From: an uncultured delta proteobacterium
GTDB taxonomy: Bacteria; Desulfobacterota; Binatia; Binatales; Binataceae
Length of the DNA stretch: 64,000 nt
Assembly: GCA_963842085.1 (NCBI GenBank)
Contig: CAWJET010000002.1
Location: forward strand, 864,001-928,000
Direction of reading: 5' to 3'
Position numbers and translations under genes: made by a program. How positions within the stretch are numbered: the first letter of the stretch is position 1; every line of letters starts with the position of its first letter. A model generated the notes under the pieces. That model had not been told where the DNA came from, did no database searches, and saw nothing but the letters and a program-made list of their open reading frames with translations. Of the stretch, positions 1 to 9,358 are shown piece by piece.

Positions 1-2445
1 CGTCAGCTTGTCGATCGTGCCGGTGAAGTGGAACGGCAGCTTGTAATCGTCGTTCACCGGAGTGCGGGTATCGCTCCCTATATCGAAGGTCTCGTCTACC
101 GTCATGAGCAGAGGGATCGTGTGCGGGATCTTCTTGCGGGCGATTTCGTTGCCATCGACCTTCAACACTCCTTCGCCACCCTTGCCGGGGCCGGGGCCGT
201 CGTATTTGAAGTCGAACACTATCGTGTGCTTGCCCGGCTTGAGTGAATCGGCCAGCACGCCGTGGCCCAACGGTCCGCCCTCCCAGCGGTAGTGCGTCAT
301 GTCGAGAAGGTTGTAGTCGAAGACCGGCTTGCCTTTGAGCAGGTAGAGGCCGTAGCCGCCGAAGCGGCCGCCCAGGGTCACGATCATTCCTTCCGCCCCG
401 CCTTGGGGAATTGTTACATCGGCCGTGATTGTATAGTCCCGGTCAAGGATGCTAGGAGCATTTCCGAAGGGAATGCCGGTATTCTCACCCGAGTAGGTGA
501 AGACCGTTCGCCCGGCGACGGCGCTTGGCCGCGGCGTCAACAGACGTGCGAAACCCGAGTTATCCAGCGGCAGGACCTGGTATTTTGCGGCTTCGGTGAT
601 GAACAACGCCTGCATTTCTTTCAGATTGTCCGGCATTTTCGACGCCAAGTCGTTGTATTGCGAGTAGTCGTCGGCGATGTTGTAAAGCTCCCACTTATAG
701 TCGTTGATGTCGGGCATCTTACCCGTCGCCAGGAGCCAGGGCGCCTCGGCAGGAGTCGTGGATGCAATCCAACCGTCGTGGTAAATCGCGCGGTTGCCGA
801 CCATCTCGAAATACTGTGTATCGTGCTTCGACGGTGCGTTGGCGTTCGCCTTGTCGAATGTGTAAGCCATGCTCACGCCTTCGATCGGCTTCTGCTTGAT
901 GCCATTGACCTCTTCAGGCGCCTTGATGCCGGTGGCTTCCAGGATAGTCGGCACGATATCAATGACATGATGGAACTGCGTGCGAATGCCGCCGGGATCG
1001 TTGATGTGACCGGGCCATGAAATGGCCAGTCCCTGCCGAGTGCCTCCGAAATGCGATGCCACCTGCTTGGTCCACTTGAACGGAGTGTCGAACGCCCACG
1101 CCCATCCGACGGACATGTGCGGATAGGTTTTGTCCGAGCCCCACTCTCTATAGTGCAGTAACTGCAAAGGCATTGGTACGTCGAATATGCCGTTGTAGGC
1201 GGTCAAATCGTTGAATGTGCCCTCCAGGGTGCCTTCGGCGCTGGTGCCGTTGTCACCGCAGATGTAGATGATGAGGGTGTTGTCCAGCTTGCCTTCATCC
1301 TGAACTTCCTGAACTACCCTGCCAATCTCATAGTCGGTGTAGGCCGCGTAAGCCGCAAACACCTCCGCCTCGCGCGCATAGAGTTTCTTCTGCAGGACTG
1401 AAAGCGAGTCCCACCGCGGCAGCTTTGCGCCACCGTACGCAGCCTGTCCGTCCGGCCACGGGGTAAGCTGGGTATCCGCCGGGATCACGCCGAGCCGTTT
1501 CTGGTTGGCGAAGATCACGTCGCGAAGCTTTTCATAGCCCATGTCGAACTTGCCTTTGAACTTATCGATCCATTCTTTCGTCGGTTGATGCGGCGAGTGG
1601 GTGCCACCGGGCACGTAATAAAGAAAGAACGGCTTGTCGGGTGCAACTGCGTTCAGATCGCGCATGTACTTGATAGCGTCGTCCGCCATGTCGGTGGTGA
1701 AGTTGTAGTCAGGCTTGCCGATCCATGGATACACCTGGGTCGTATTGCGAAAAAGATAGGGCGTCCATTGGTCGGTTTCGCCGCCCATGAACCCGTAAAA
1801 ATACTGGAAGCCCATGCCGACCGGCCATTGATCGAAAGGGCCGGCCGCGCTGTACTGAAAGCTGGGAGTGTTATGCTCTTTGCCGAACCACGAGGTGGCG
1901 TAACCGTTGTCTCGCAGGATCGTGCCGATGGTGGCATTATCCGGCCCGATGACCGAATCGTAGCCCGGGTAACCAGTAGATATTTCGGTGACTACGCCGA
2001 AGCCAACCGAGTGATGATTCCGTCCAGTGATCAGAGCGGCGCGGGTGGGCGAACACAGCGCGGTGGAATGGAACTGCGTGTAGCGCAATCCAGCCTTGGC
2101 TATGCGATCCAGCGTTGGCGTCGGGATGACACCGCCGAAAGTGCTGGAGACCCCGTAGCCCTGGTCGTCGGTCATGATGAGCACGATGTTGGGCGCACCC
2201 TTGGGCGGCACCACGCGCGGCGGCCACCACGGCGTCGAATCCTTGGCGCTCTCCTTGATCACGCCGCCGAACCGCATCGGGGGCGGCGGGAGCTGCTTGC
2301 CGTCAAGCGTAACGGTGGCGTTGGCTGAACCCGGCGCGCCGTTGATCTGCTGGGCCCGGACTGCAGATGAGCCCAAAAAACCGGCGATGATCACCAGAGC
2401 AAATGCAGTCAGAGTCAGAACAGTCCTTCGTCGTCGTGCGTCCAT
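1..2445 (-). CDS. Arylsulfatase (formylglycine-dependent, secreted); 3' end runs off the window
   Basis: Not in the ORF track because there is no stop in the window. Hand translation from ATG 2445 (RBS GGAGGAG) gives MDARRRRTVL signal peptide, PNIVLIMTDDQG, ALCSPTRAALITGRNHH (CxPxR), WAWAFDTPFKWTKQ, and ends ...YKLPFHFTGTIDKLT. The frame is the same at both ends. Confidence 0.95.
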   Translation of the reverse strand, partial: MDARRRRTVLTLTAFALVIIAGFLGSSAVRAQQINGAPGSANATVTLDGKQLPPPPMRFGGVIKESAKDSTPWWPPRVVPPKGAPNIVLIMTDDQGYGVSSTFGGVIPTPTLDRIAKAGLRYTQFHSTALCSPTRAALITGRNHHSVGFGVVTEISTGYPGYDSVIGPDNATIGTILRDNGYATSWFGKEHNTPSFQYSAAGPFDQWPVGMGFQYFYGFMGGETDQWTPYLFRNTTQVYPWIGKPDYNFTTDMADDAIKYMRDLNAVAPDKPFFLYYVPGGTHSPHQPTKEWIDKFKGKFDMGYEKLRDVIFANQKRLGVIPADTQLTPWPDGQAAYGGAKLPRWDSLSVLQKKLYAREAEVFAAYAAYTDYEIGRVVQEVQDEGKLDNTLIIYICGDNGTSAEGTLEGTFNDLTAYNGIFDVPMPLQLLHYREWGSDKTYPHMSVGWAWAFDTPFKWTKQVASHFGGTRQGLAISWPGHINDPGGIRTQFHHVIDIVPTILEATGIKAPEEVNGIKQKPIEGVSMAYTFDKANANAPSKHDTQYFEMVGNRAIYHDGWIASTTPAEAPWLLATGKMPDINDYKWELYNIADDYSQYNDLASKMPDNLKEMQALFITEAAKYQVLPLDNSGFARLLTPRPSAVAGRTVFTYSGENTGIPFGNAPSILDRDYTITADVTIPQGGAEGMIVTLGGRFGGYGLYLLKGKPVFDYNLLDMTHYRWEGGPLGHGVLADSLKPGKHTIVFDFKYDGPGPGKGGEGVLKVDGNEIARKKIPHTIPLLMTVDETFDIGSDTRTPVNDDYKLPFHFTGTIDKLT

Positions 2446-2486
2446 CAGTCGATCTCCTCCCTCAGCTCTCGTTTTAGAACGCAAAC

Positions 2487-3311
2487 CTAGTAGTAGTTCG
2501 TAGGTGGCGGCGCATAGGTCACCTGGCTGCCGTTGTAGTATGGCTGGTATCCAGGGGGCGGCGGAGGAGGTGGATAGTAGCCGTAGGGATTATTCTCGAT
2601 AATCGTCGTTTGAGGCTTAGGTTGCGAATTGGCTGTTATCATTGAACCAACTGCCATGCCGCCTATAGCACCCAACGCGGCCGCACCTGCAACCTCACCA
2701 TTACTCGAACCGCCAACCGATCCGCCGTAATAATATCCACCGCCTCCGTTGTAGTTGGTGTCGCCCACATTGTTGTTTATTGTGTTCTCGGTATTGCTCT
2801 GCATCTGCTTTTCGGTCTTTTCGTTGTTTTCCTGGAGAGTATTCGCTTCGTTGTACTGGGCCTGCTTTTGAGCCTCCTGGTTTGCATTATACTCGTTGTA
2901 GTCCGCCTGCTTGTTAGATGAGCTGGAGCTGCTCGAGGCGCTCCCGTAGGTACTCCCGGATTCTGACGGAGGCTTGTTGTAGCTATTATATTGCGAGGAT
3001 GATTTGTTGTAGTTGTAGGTATTCCCCGAGTCTGAGGGCGATTTGTACTGGCTCCCTGAACCGCTGGAAGAGTGTTGCCACGAATTTCCGCCCGACGAGC
3101 CGAAGCTGCCGCGATCGAACCCGTCCGAGCCGCCGTGGTATCCGCCTCCGCCGCCGCTATAGCCTCCACGGCCGCCGCCACCATAGCCCCCTCCTCCGCC
3201 GCCCCATCGTGCGAGCGCATTGGGCGCGCTGGCGAGAGCTAGTACAGCGCCCAAGACAAATACCCGTGATGAGAATTTAGCTGTGATGCGCGAACTTGAC
3301 GCGTGTTTCAT
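2487..3311 (-). CDS. Exported Gly/Ser/Tyr/Asn-rich low-complexity protein with glycine-zipper-like segment
   Basis: 274 aa ORF; signal peptide ending ALA; GGGYGGGGRGG tract; GAAALGAIGGMAVG; Pro/Tyr tail; tightly coupled to the upstream gene. Confidence 0.75.
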   Translation of the reverse strand: MKHASSSRITAKFSSRVFVLGAVLALASAPNALARWGGGGGGYGGGGRGGYSGGGGGYHGGSDGFDRGSFGSSGGNSWQHSSSGSGSQYKSPSDSGNTYNYNKSSSQYNSYNKPPSESGSTYGSASSSSSSSNKQADYNEYNANQEAQKQAQYNEANTLQENNEKTEKQMQSNTENTINNNVGDTNYNGGGGYYYGGSVGGSSNGEVAGAAALGAIGGMAVGSMITANSQPKPQTTIIENNPYGYYPPPPPPPGYQPYYNGSQVTYAPPPTNYY

Positions 3312-3316
3312 GGCTG

Positions 3317-4117
3317 TTACTCCTTGACCTTCAGAAACTCGATTCGCTTTGCACCCTTGGGAAGCTGCGGGACGAAATGGCTATCGGAGATCTGTTTTGG
3401 AAATTTCCAGTCGGACAGCACCGCCATGTATTCCGGTGATCCCGGCTCGGTTCGGTAGTTGATCACGATCTTGCGCGGAACCGGCTTTCCCGAACGATCG
3501 AGCCAAAGCTGCAGGTCGATGTTGCTTGACGAATAGGCGACGTGATCGCAATCGACGCCATTGACGTCATTCACTCCGACATACCCGCCATAGATGATCT
3601 GTTTGCGGATTCTCGCGCACGGATCGCTATAGGCGAGGTTCGAAAGCGGCAGCGTCAAGTGCTCGGTTCGTGCTACATCGTCGAGCATCGCATCAATCGA
3701 AGACGGCACTTTCATGCTCGCATACATCTGGTGCGGCTGGTCAAAAATCGTCAATGTATCGTTCTGATACCAAAGCTGTTTACCTCCGAGATCGCTGTGG
3801 TAATCGACTGCCAGCTCGTCCGGCCGCTCGAGCGCGAAATTCATTTCCGCTGCGTACTGAACTTTCACGGCGTGCGGAAGCACCTTGTCGAAGAGTATCT
3901 CTGCATGAAAGCTGAATGCGTCGGCCGAGCCCAATGCGTCGCAGGTTTGGCTGAGCAGTTTGTCAGCTTCGGGCGCGATTCTCGGAAGCGGCGCAGCCTG
4001 GACGGGCGGCGCGACTTGAGTGGGCGACGCAGACGGGTCCGCGGCCGATGCAACATTCAAGGCTAACGCGATTCCCATCGCAGCCGCGCAAGCGGCGGCT
4101 GCAAGTTTGAAGCTCAT
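3317..4117 (-). CDS. DUF2092-family periplasmic protein (LolA-like fold)
   Basis: Signal peptide; RPDEL, GVDCDHVAYS, DLQLWLD, PRKIVINY, SDWKF motifs typical of DUF2092. Confidence 0.85.
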   Translation of the reverse strand: MSFKLAAAACAAAMGIALALNVASAADPSASPTQVAPPVQAAPLPRIAPEADKLLSQTCDALGSADAFSFHAEILFDKVLPHAVKVQYAAEMNFALERPDELAVDYHSDLGGKQLWYQNDTLTIFDQPHQMYASMKVPSSIDAMLDDVARTEHLTLPLSNLAYSDPCARIRKQIIYGGYVGVNDVNGVDCDHVAYSSSNIDLQLWLDRSGKPVPRKIVINYRTEPGSPEYMAVLSDWKFPKQISDSHFVPQLPKGAKRIEFLKVKE

Positions 4118-4175
4118 TTTTTGCCTCCAGCTGATTGTCGTTGCTAATCAGTCAATTCCGATTGGCCTATGACGA

Positions 4176-4493
4176 TCACGGGATCATGCCGCATTCAAAC
4201 AACTTGTTAGCGATCGGCGCCGCCACTCGGTCGATGAACATGGCGCGCATCTGCGGATCGCTGCGGAGAAAATTTACGGCTTCCTGTTCTCGCTGCGAGC
4301 GCGGCTGCCCTCGCTGCTGCCACAACTGTTCGCAGGACGAATTCTGGTACTTCTGGATGACCTTGTTAGCGGCGGCATCCAGCAGCGGATGCTGGCCGTA
4401 CTGGGCACTAGCTACGCCGGAGAATACGAGCAAGGAAAGCCCGCCCAGCACAGGTAAAGAAATTTGCAGCAGCGTCGATTTTACGTTCCACAT
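4176..4493 (-). CDS. Small exported conserved hypothetical protein (two Cys)
   Basis: Signal peptide ASA/Q; KVIQKYQNSSCEQLW...IANKLFECGMIP; RBS GAGGAG upstream. Confidence 0.75.
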   Translation of the reverse strand: MWNVKSTLLQISLPVLGGLSLLVFSGVASAQYGQHPLLDAAANKVIQKYQNSSCEQLWQQRGQPRSQREQEAVNFLRSDPQMRAMFIDRVAAPIANKLFECGMIP

Positions 4494-4527
4494 AAGTAGT
4501 TCTCCTCGATTCTCACTTCGTTTTATC

Positions 4528-4563
4528 CCGGTCTCAGAGCCACTGCCGGTCTCAGAGCCACTG
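4528..4563. repeat. Perfect 18-bp tandem duplication CCGGTCTCAGAGCCACTG x2
   Basis: Units at 4528-4545 and 4546-4563. Confidence 0.9.
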
Positions 4564-4621
4564 AGAGATGCAGAGCTTGAGTTTCAGGAGAACATTCTGG
4601 ATCGCAAACAGGTTTTACGGC

Positions 4622-4641
4622 TATTGTACCAAAGTACAATA
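4622..4641. promoter_or_regulatory. Palindromic operator copy 1, TATTGTAC-CAAA-GTACAATA
   Basis: Perfect 8-bp inverted repeat between divergent genes; a 24-bp identical copy lies at 16681-16704. Confidence 0.8.
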
Positions 4642-4684
4642 TCTCTGCGGGGCGAAACCGACAAATCTCCGTGCCATTGCCGGA

Positions 4685-5386
4685 ATGAACCACGCGAGAA
4701 CAGACTTCAAGCTTCGGCTCGTCTCCGGACGCGCCGACGCTCAGGCGTCGTCAAGCCGGCTCGACGCGAAAACCCTGCTCGCGCTCGTGGGCGGCGGAAT
4801 CTCCCGGGAGTATCGAAAGAGACAAAACGTCTATGCTCAGGGCGCGCCGGCTGACTACGTCTTTTGCATACAAAAAGGCCGGGTCAGGCTGAGTGTAGTA
4901 TCGAGGCAAGGCAAGGAGGCCGTCATTGCAGTTCTGGGCGCGGGAGACTTCTTCGGCCAGGAGTGTCTTGCGGGACAGCGGCTCCGGATTGCTACCGCCA
5001 GCGCGGTGACGGATTGTTCCGTGCTTCGACTGGGCAAGGCAGCGACGATGCGCGCCCTCCATGAGAATCCCGAATTTTCCGAAATGTTCATCGCCTACCT
5101 TCTTTCGCGAAACATTCGCGTTGAGGAAGACCTGGTCGACCAGCTATTCAACACCAGCGAGAAGCGGCTGGCTCGCGTGCTATTGCTCCTGGCCAATTTC
5201 ACTAACGACGGGAAACAGGAGCGGGTGATTCCGAAAATCAGCCAGGAAATCCTCGCTGAAATGGTCGGAACGACGCGGTCAAGAGTGAGCTTCTTCATGA
5301 ACAAGTTCCGGAAGCTCGGCTTGATAGACTACCATCGTGAGCTGGAGGTTCGCCGATCTCTCCTCCGGATTGTCACGCACGATTAG
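4685..5386 (+). CDS. Crp/Fnr-family transcriptional regulator (no FNR N-terminal Cys cluster)
   Basis: cNMP-binding domain (GDFFGQECL) plus HTH (SQEILAEMVGTTRSRVSFFMNKFRKLG). Start placed at ATG 4685. Confidence 0.92.
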   Translation: MNHARTDFKLRLVSGRADAQASSSRLDAKTLLALVGGGISREYRKRQNVYAQGAPADYVFCIQKGRVRLSVVSRQGKEAVIAVLGAGDFFGQECLAGQRLRIATASAVTDCSVLRLGKAATMRALHENPEFSEMFIAYLLSRNIRVEEDLVDQLFNTSEKRLARVLLLLANFTNDGKQERVIPKISQEILAEMVGTTRSRVSFFMNKFRKLGLIDYHRELEVRRSLLRIVTHD

Positions 5387-5566
5387 ATCGGCGCTTCAGA
5401 CAGTACTCAGAATTTTCCCAAAACTGTGCAATTTTGACCAGATTCAGGATCTCTCTTGATCCTAATCTCCATATTCTTAACCCCGGCGGTTTACTTCGAT
5501 GAACCGCCGGCGTTGTTGGGTCGAATCGGGTACTAACAACTAAAATCGGGGGGAACAGGAGACATT

Positions 5567-5932
5567 ATGGCATCGGGTAAAGCAATCGGGGAATTTTCAC
5601 TGAAGATGATCACTATCGGTCACGCGGCCGGACCTGCCGGTAGCATTCTCACCCAGGTCAATTTTGAAGGAACAGCGACCGGATTTGGAGCGGTCTATGA
5701 AACGGCCACCTTCATAGGGGGCGGCAAGGACGGGAGTTTCAGTATTGTCGGGCAAGCATTCCTTGATAACGGCGACGTTATCGGCGGAGTCGGTCAAGGG
5801 ACCTACGAGAGCAAGGGCAAGCATCGGTGGACGACCGCGAACACCATGGAGCTTTCGGACGGCCGTCGAATCGGAGGCAGCGGTGAGATCGACCTGGCCT
5901 CGCGGACCTGGAAGGGGACGATTAGCGAATAG
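5567..5932 (+). CDS. Hypothetical Gly-rich beta-strand protein
   Basis: 121 aa ORF with RBS AGGAGA; protein-like composition. Confidence 0.7.
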   Translation: MASGKAIGEFSLKMITIGHAAGPAGSILTQVNFEGTATGFGAVYETATFIGGGKDGSFSIVGQAFLDNGDVIGGVGQGTYESKGKHRWTTANTMELSDGRRIGGSGEIDLASRTWKGTISE

Positions 5933-5979
5933 AGCTACCGAACCGCGTTCCCATAACGAAAGAATCGAAGGAGACACCA

Positions 5980-6297
5980 ATGGCTGTAGCACATGTACGA
6001 GTCGTTCGGCCGAGGGCAGGCAAGCGGCAAGAACTGATGAACGCCTTTTCTCACTCAAAGAAGTTTCACGAGCGCAATGGCGCAAGCGTGCGGGTATACG
6101 AAGCTTCAACCGGACCCAACACTGGAGCATTGCTCCACATCGTCGAGACCCCCAATTGGAAGGCTTACGGCGAATACCGCACGAAGATCGAGGCCGACCC
6201 TGAGTTTCGCGCGTATATGACCGAGATTCGCAACAGCCGCGACCCGCTCGCCGACATAGTTTCGAGCGAGGTGGTCGAGGAATTACCGCTCGGCTGA
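5980..6297 (+). CDS. NIPSNAP-like dimeric alpha+beta barrel protein
   Basis: 105 aa; VRVVRPRAGKRQE... ETPNWKAYGE...DPEF pattern; RBS AAGGAG. Confidence 0.65.
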   Translation: MAVAHVRVVRPRAGKRQELMNAFSHSKKFHERNGASVRVYEASTGPNTGALLHIVETPNWKAYGEYRTKIEADPEFRAYMTEIRNSRDPLADIVSSEVVEELPLG

Positions 6298-6318
6298 CGA
6301 CTTGATCCCGCCTTGAAA

Positions 6319-6348
6319 GGCGCTGCGGCAGGTTCCTGCCGCAGCGCC
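6319..6348 (+). terminator. GC-rich hairpin after the NIPSNAP-like gene
   Basis: GGCGCTGCGGCAGG-TT-CCTGCCGCAGCGCC, a 14-bp inverted repeat with a weak U-tract. Confidence 0.5.
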
Positions 6349-6408
6349 CTGATTGCCCTTGCCGCCCTTTGCTCGAGGCTGCCGTCAAGCTATACATTTT
6401 GTAGCGCT

Positions 6409-8937
6409 ATGGTGCAGGTTGTGACATTGCGGGGGACGGTGCGATCTCTGCTCCCGGTTTTGCTGCCGCTTCTTTGCTGCCTCGCTCGGCCCACTGTCGC
6501 GGGCGCAAACGGACCAGTCCGTTTACGCCGACGCGCTCGTCAACGGCTGGCAGAATTGGAGTTGGGCGACGGTGAATCTAAGCAACACCACGCCAGTTCA
6601 ATCCGGCACCGACTCTATCAGCGTAGGCGCAGGGCCCTACCAGGCGCTTTACCTGCATCACGACGCTTTCGATTCCACCCTCTACACCGGTCTGGTTTTC
6701 TGGATTAACGGCGGCTCGACCGGCGGCCAGCTGCTGCAAGTCCAGGCGACGCTTAACGGCTCGGCGCAGACTGTCGTGACTCTGCCTGCCCTCGCGGCTA
6801 ACACATGGCAGCAAGTGACAATTCCGCTGTCCTCGCTCGGCGTGCAGAGCCAACCGGACCTCGACGGATTCTGGATCCAGGACCGCAGCGGCATGACACT
6901 TCCAACATTTTTCGTGGATACCGTCTCATTCAAAGCACAGCCTGCGCCCAGCGCGGTGAACGTCACGGTCGACGCAGCGCAGGCGGTCCGAGTGGTCGAC
7001 GCGCGCGATTTCGCCGTCAATGCAGCCGTGTGGGACGCTGACTTCGACACGAATAACACGATCAACCTGCTGACCGAAATGGGCGCTCAGGCGATGCGGT
7101 TCCCCAGCGGTTCGCTCTCCGACGATTACCACTGGGCGACCAACACGACGGACAGCAACACCTGGCAATGGGCTACGTCGTTCGATAGTTTTGCCCAGGT
7201 TGCGACCACTGTCGGCGCGCAGGCCTTCATTACCGCCAACTACGATTCGGGCACGTCGGCGGAGGCGGCCGCCTGGGTCCAGGAATCCAACATCACCAAG
7301 CACTACGGCTTCAAGTATTGGGAAATCGGCAATGAGTGCTATGGCTCATGGGAGACTGACAATAACACTGTCCCACACGATCCCTACACCTACGCGCAGC
7401 GCTTCCAGCAATACTACACGCAGATGAAGGCGGTTGACCCTACGATCAAGATTGGCGCAGTGGCGGTCACGGGCGAGGACAGTTACGCAAACTACACAAC
7501 TCATCCTGCGGTCAATCCGCGAACCGGGCAAACGCACTATGGCTGGACGCCTGTGATGCTCACAACCATGCGCAGCCTGGGCGTTACCCGGACTTCCTGA
7601 TCTATCATCGCTATGCGCAAGCGCCGGGTGCGGAGAGCGACCAGGGACTGCTGCTTTCCAACGGCACCTGGAGGACCGACGCCGCCGACCTTCGCCAGCA
7701 GTTGAACGATTATCTGGGCGCTGCCGCCCCGGGCGTCGAACTGGACTGCACCGAAAACAACTCCGTCTATTCCAACCCCGGCAAGCAGACTACCAGCCTG
7801 GTGAATGGGCTGTTCCTGGCCGACAGCATTTGCGCCGCGATGAACACCGAGTTCAACTCAGTTGTATGGTGGGACCTGCGCAACGGCCAGGATACGACCA
7901 ACAACAATTCCTCGTCGCTCTACGGATGGCGTCAGTACGGCGACTACGGCGTAGTTGACAGCGCCGACCCCGCCGGACCGGCTGACACCTATCCAACGTT
8001 TTACGTCGCAAGGCTGCTGCAACACTTCGCCCGCGGCGGCGACCAGCTGGTCAGCTCCACGAGCGACTATCCGCTCCTCAGCGTGTGCGCCGCCCAGCGT
8101 ACCAACGGAATGTTGACGCTGCTGGTCGTGAACAAGAGTGCGAGCAACGCGCTCAACGCCAATATCACTATCGGCGGCGCATCACCGGGAAGCACCGGCA
8201 CTTTGTATTCCTACGGTATCCCGCAAGACAACGCGGCGGAGACGGGCGTCGGCTCCGCCGACATCGCGACCAGTCTCACGACCGGCCTATCGAACAATTT
8301 CTCGTTCACCTTCCCGGCCTACTCCGCCAACGTCATAGCATTTGGCGCCGGCGGAGCACCTTCGCCAACGCCGACCGCTACCAGCACGGCCACTCCGACC
8401 GCAACTGCCACGGCAACTGGAACGCCAACAGCCACCAGCACAGCTACAAGCACCGCAACGGGAACGGCAACACCTACTGCCACTGCAACTAATACAGCCA
8501 CAGCTACGCGAACCGCGACAGCTACGCCCACTGCGACTGCCACGGCCACGATTACGGCCACCGCGACTGGCACGGCAACCCCTACGGCCACGCGCACAGC
8601 CACGCCGACCGCGACTCCGACGCCGGTGGCTGTCGGTGCAGTCAAGCCCACCAGTTTGAGCTTTGGGAAGAGCGCCATCGGTACGACCAGTGCCGCCAAG
8701 ACCGTCACTCTTACCAACAGCGGAGCCGGTTCACTCAGCGTATCAAGTATTTCCGCCACCGCGGGCTTCATCCAGACCAACACCTGCAGCTCGCCTCTCC
8801 TAGCTGGAAAAAGCTGCAGTATTTCGGTGAAGTTCGCGCCAACCGTCATAGGCACTATCAGCGGGTCTCTAACGATTAACGACAACGCGGCCAACACGCC
8901 GCAGGTCGTCAGTTTGAGCGGAAAAGGCATCAAGTGA
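6409..8937 (+). pseudogene. Secreted clan GH-A glycoside hydrolase (alpha-L-arabinofuranosidase-like): N-terminal CBM-like domain, Thr/Ala linker, C-terminal ASH/choice-of-anchor-D-like domain; two frameshifts
   Basis: ATG 6409 signal peptide is out of frame with the mature domain (shift near 6465). Second shift at 7587-7590, where GVTPDFLIYHRY needs one more C. Catalytic-type motifs WEIGNE and CTENN are present. Could be assembly errors. Confidence 0.75.
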
Positions 8938-8980
8938 GTGTGGCGCCTTTAATGGCGCACTCGACTTGCCACTTCCAAGA

Positions 8981-9107
8981 CTAGCAGGTTGCGGAAAAAC
9001 TCAATGAAAGACGATTTCGGCGAAGAGTAAGCATTACTACGATCACGAGAATGCGTCTTGGATCAATGTCATCAGGAGTCAAAAACCCTTTTTCCGCAAC
9101 CTGCTAG
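8981..9107. mobile_element. MITE-like non-autonomous element
   Basis: Perfect 19-bp inverted ends CTAGCAGGTTGCGGAAAAA (8981-8999) and TTTTTCCGCAACCTGCTAG (9089-9107). CTAG is the probable target duplication. Interior is AT-richer and non-coding. Confidence 0.75.
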
Positions 9108-9199
9108 CGCCCGGACACGCTAATTCTGCATTTGAGCCGGCATTCTGTCGTTGGCCCCGTTCACGGCAGGATTGAACAGCGATATGACCAAAATGCGGC

Positions 9200-9219
9200 C
9201 AATGTACTAAGGTACAGTA
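9200..9219. promoter_or_regulatory. Palindromic operator copy 2, CAATGTAC-TAAG-GTACAGTA
   Basis: TGTAC-N4-GTACA core, followed by TCTCTGC exactly as in copy 1; upstream of the K+ channel gene. Confidence 0.65.
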
Positions 9220-9358
9220 TCTCTGCTTAAAGAGATGAGGGAAATTGTGAACGAGTCTTTGAAGAAAATGCCGGCCAGGGCGTAGTGGTCTTCTATGGCA
9301 TCGCAGAGCCCGTTCGCGTGCCGATGATCGGTCCTCCACGCCAGCCGTAGGCAATTCA

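Noticed and set aside
262-2328. Long + strand ORFs over the sulfatase, and similar antisense ORFs across the window
   Set aside because: These are shadow ORFs of GC-rich coding sequence with no recognisable motifs.
8359-8625. Repetitive ACxGCx tract considered as a tandem array or CRISPR
   Set aside because: It is a degenerate codon repeat encoding the PTATATAT linker; there are no identical repeats with unique spacers.
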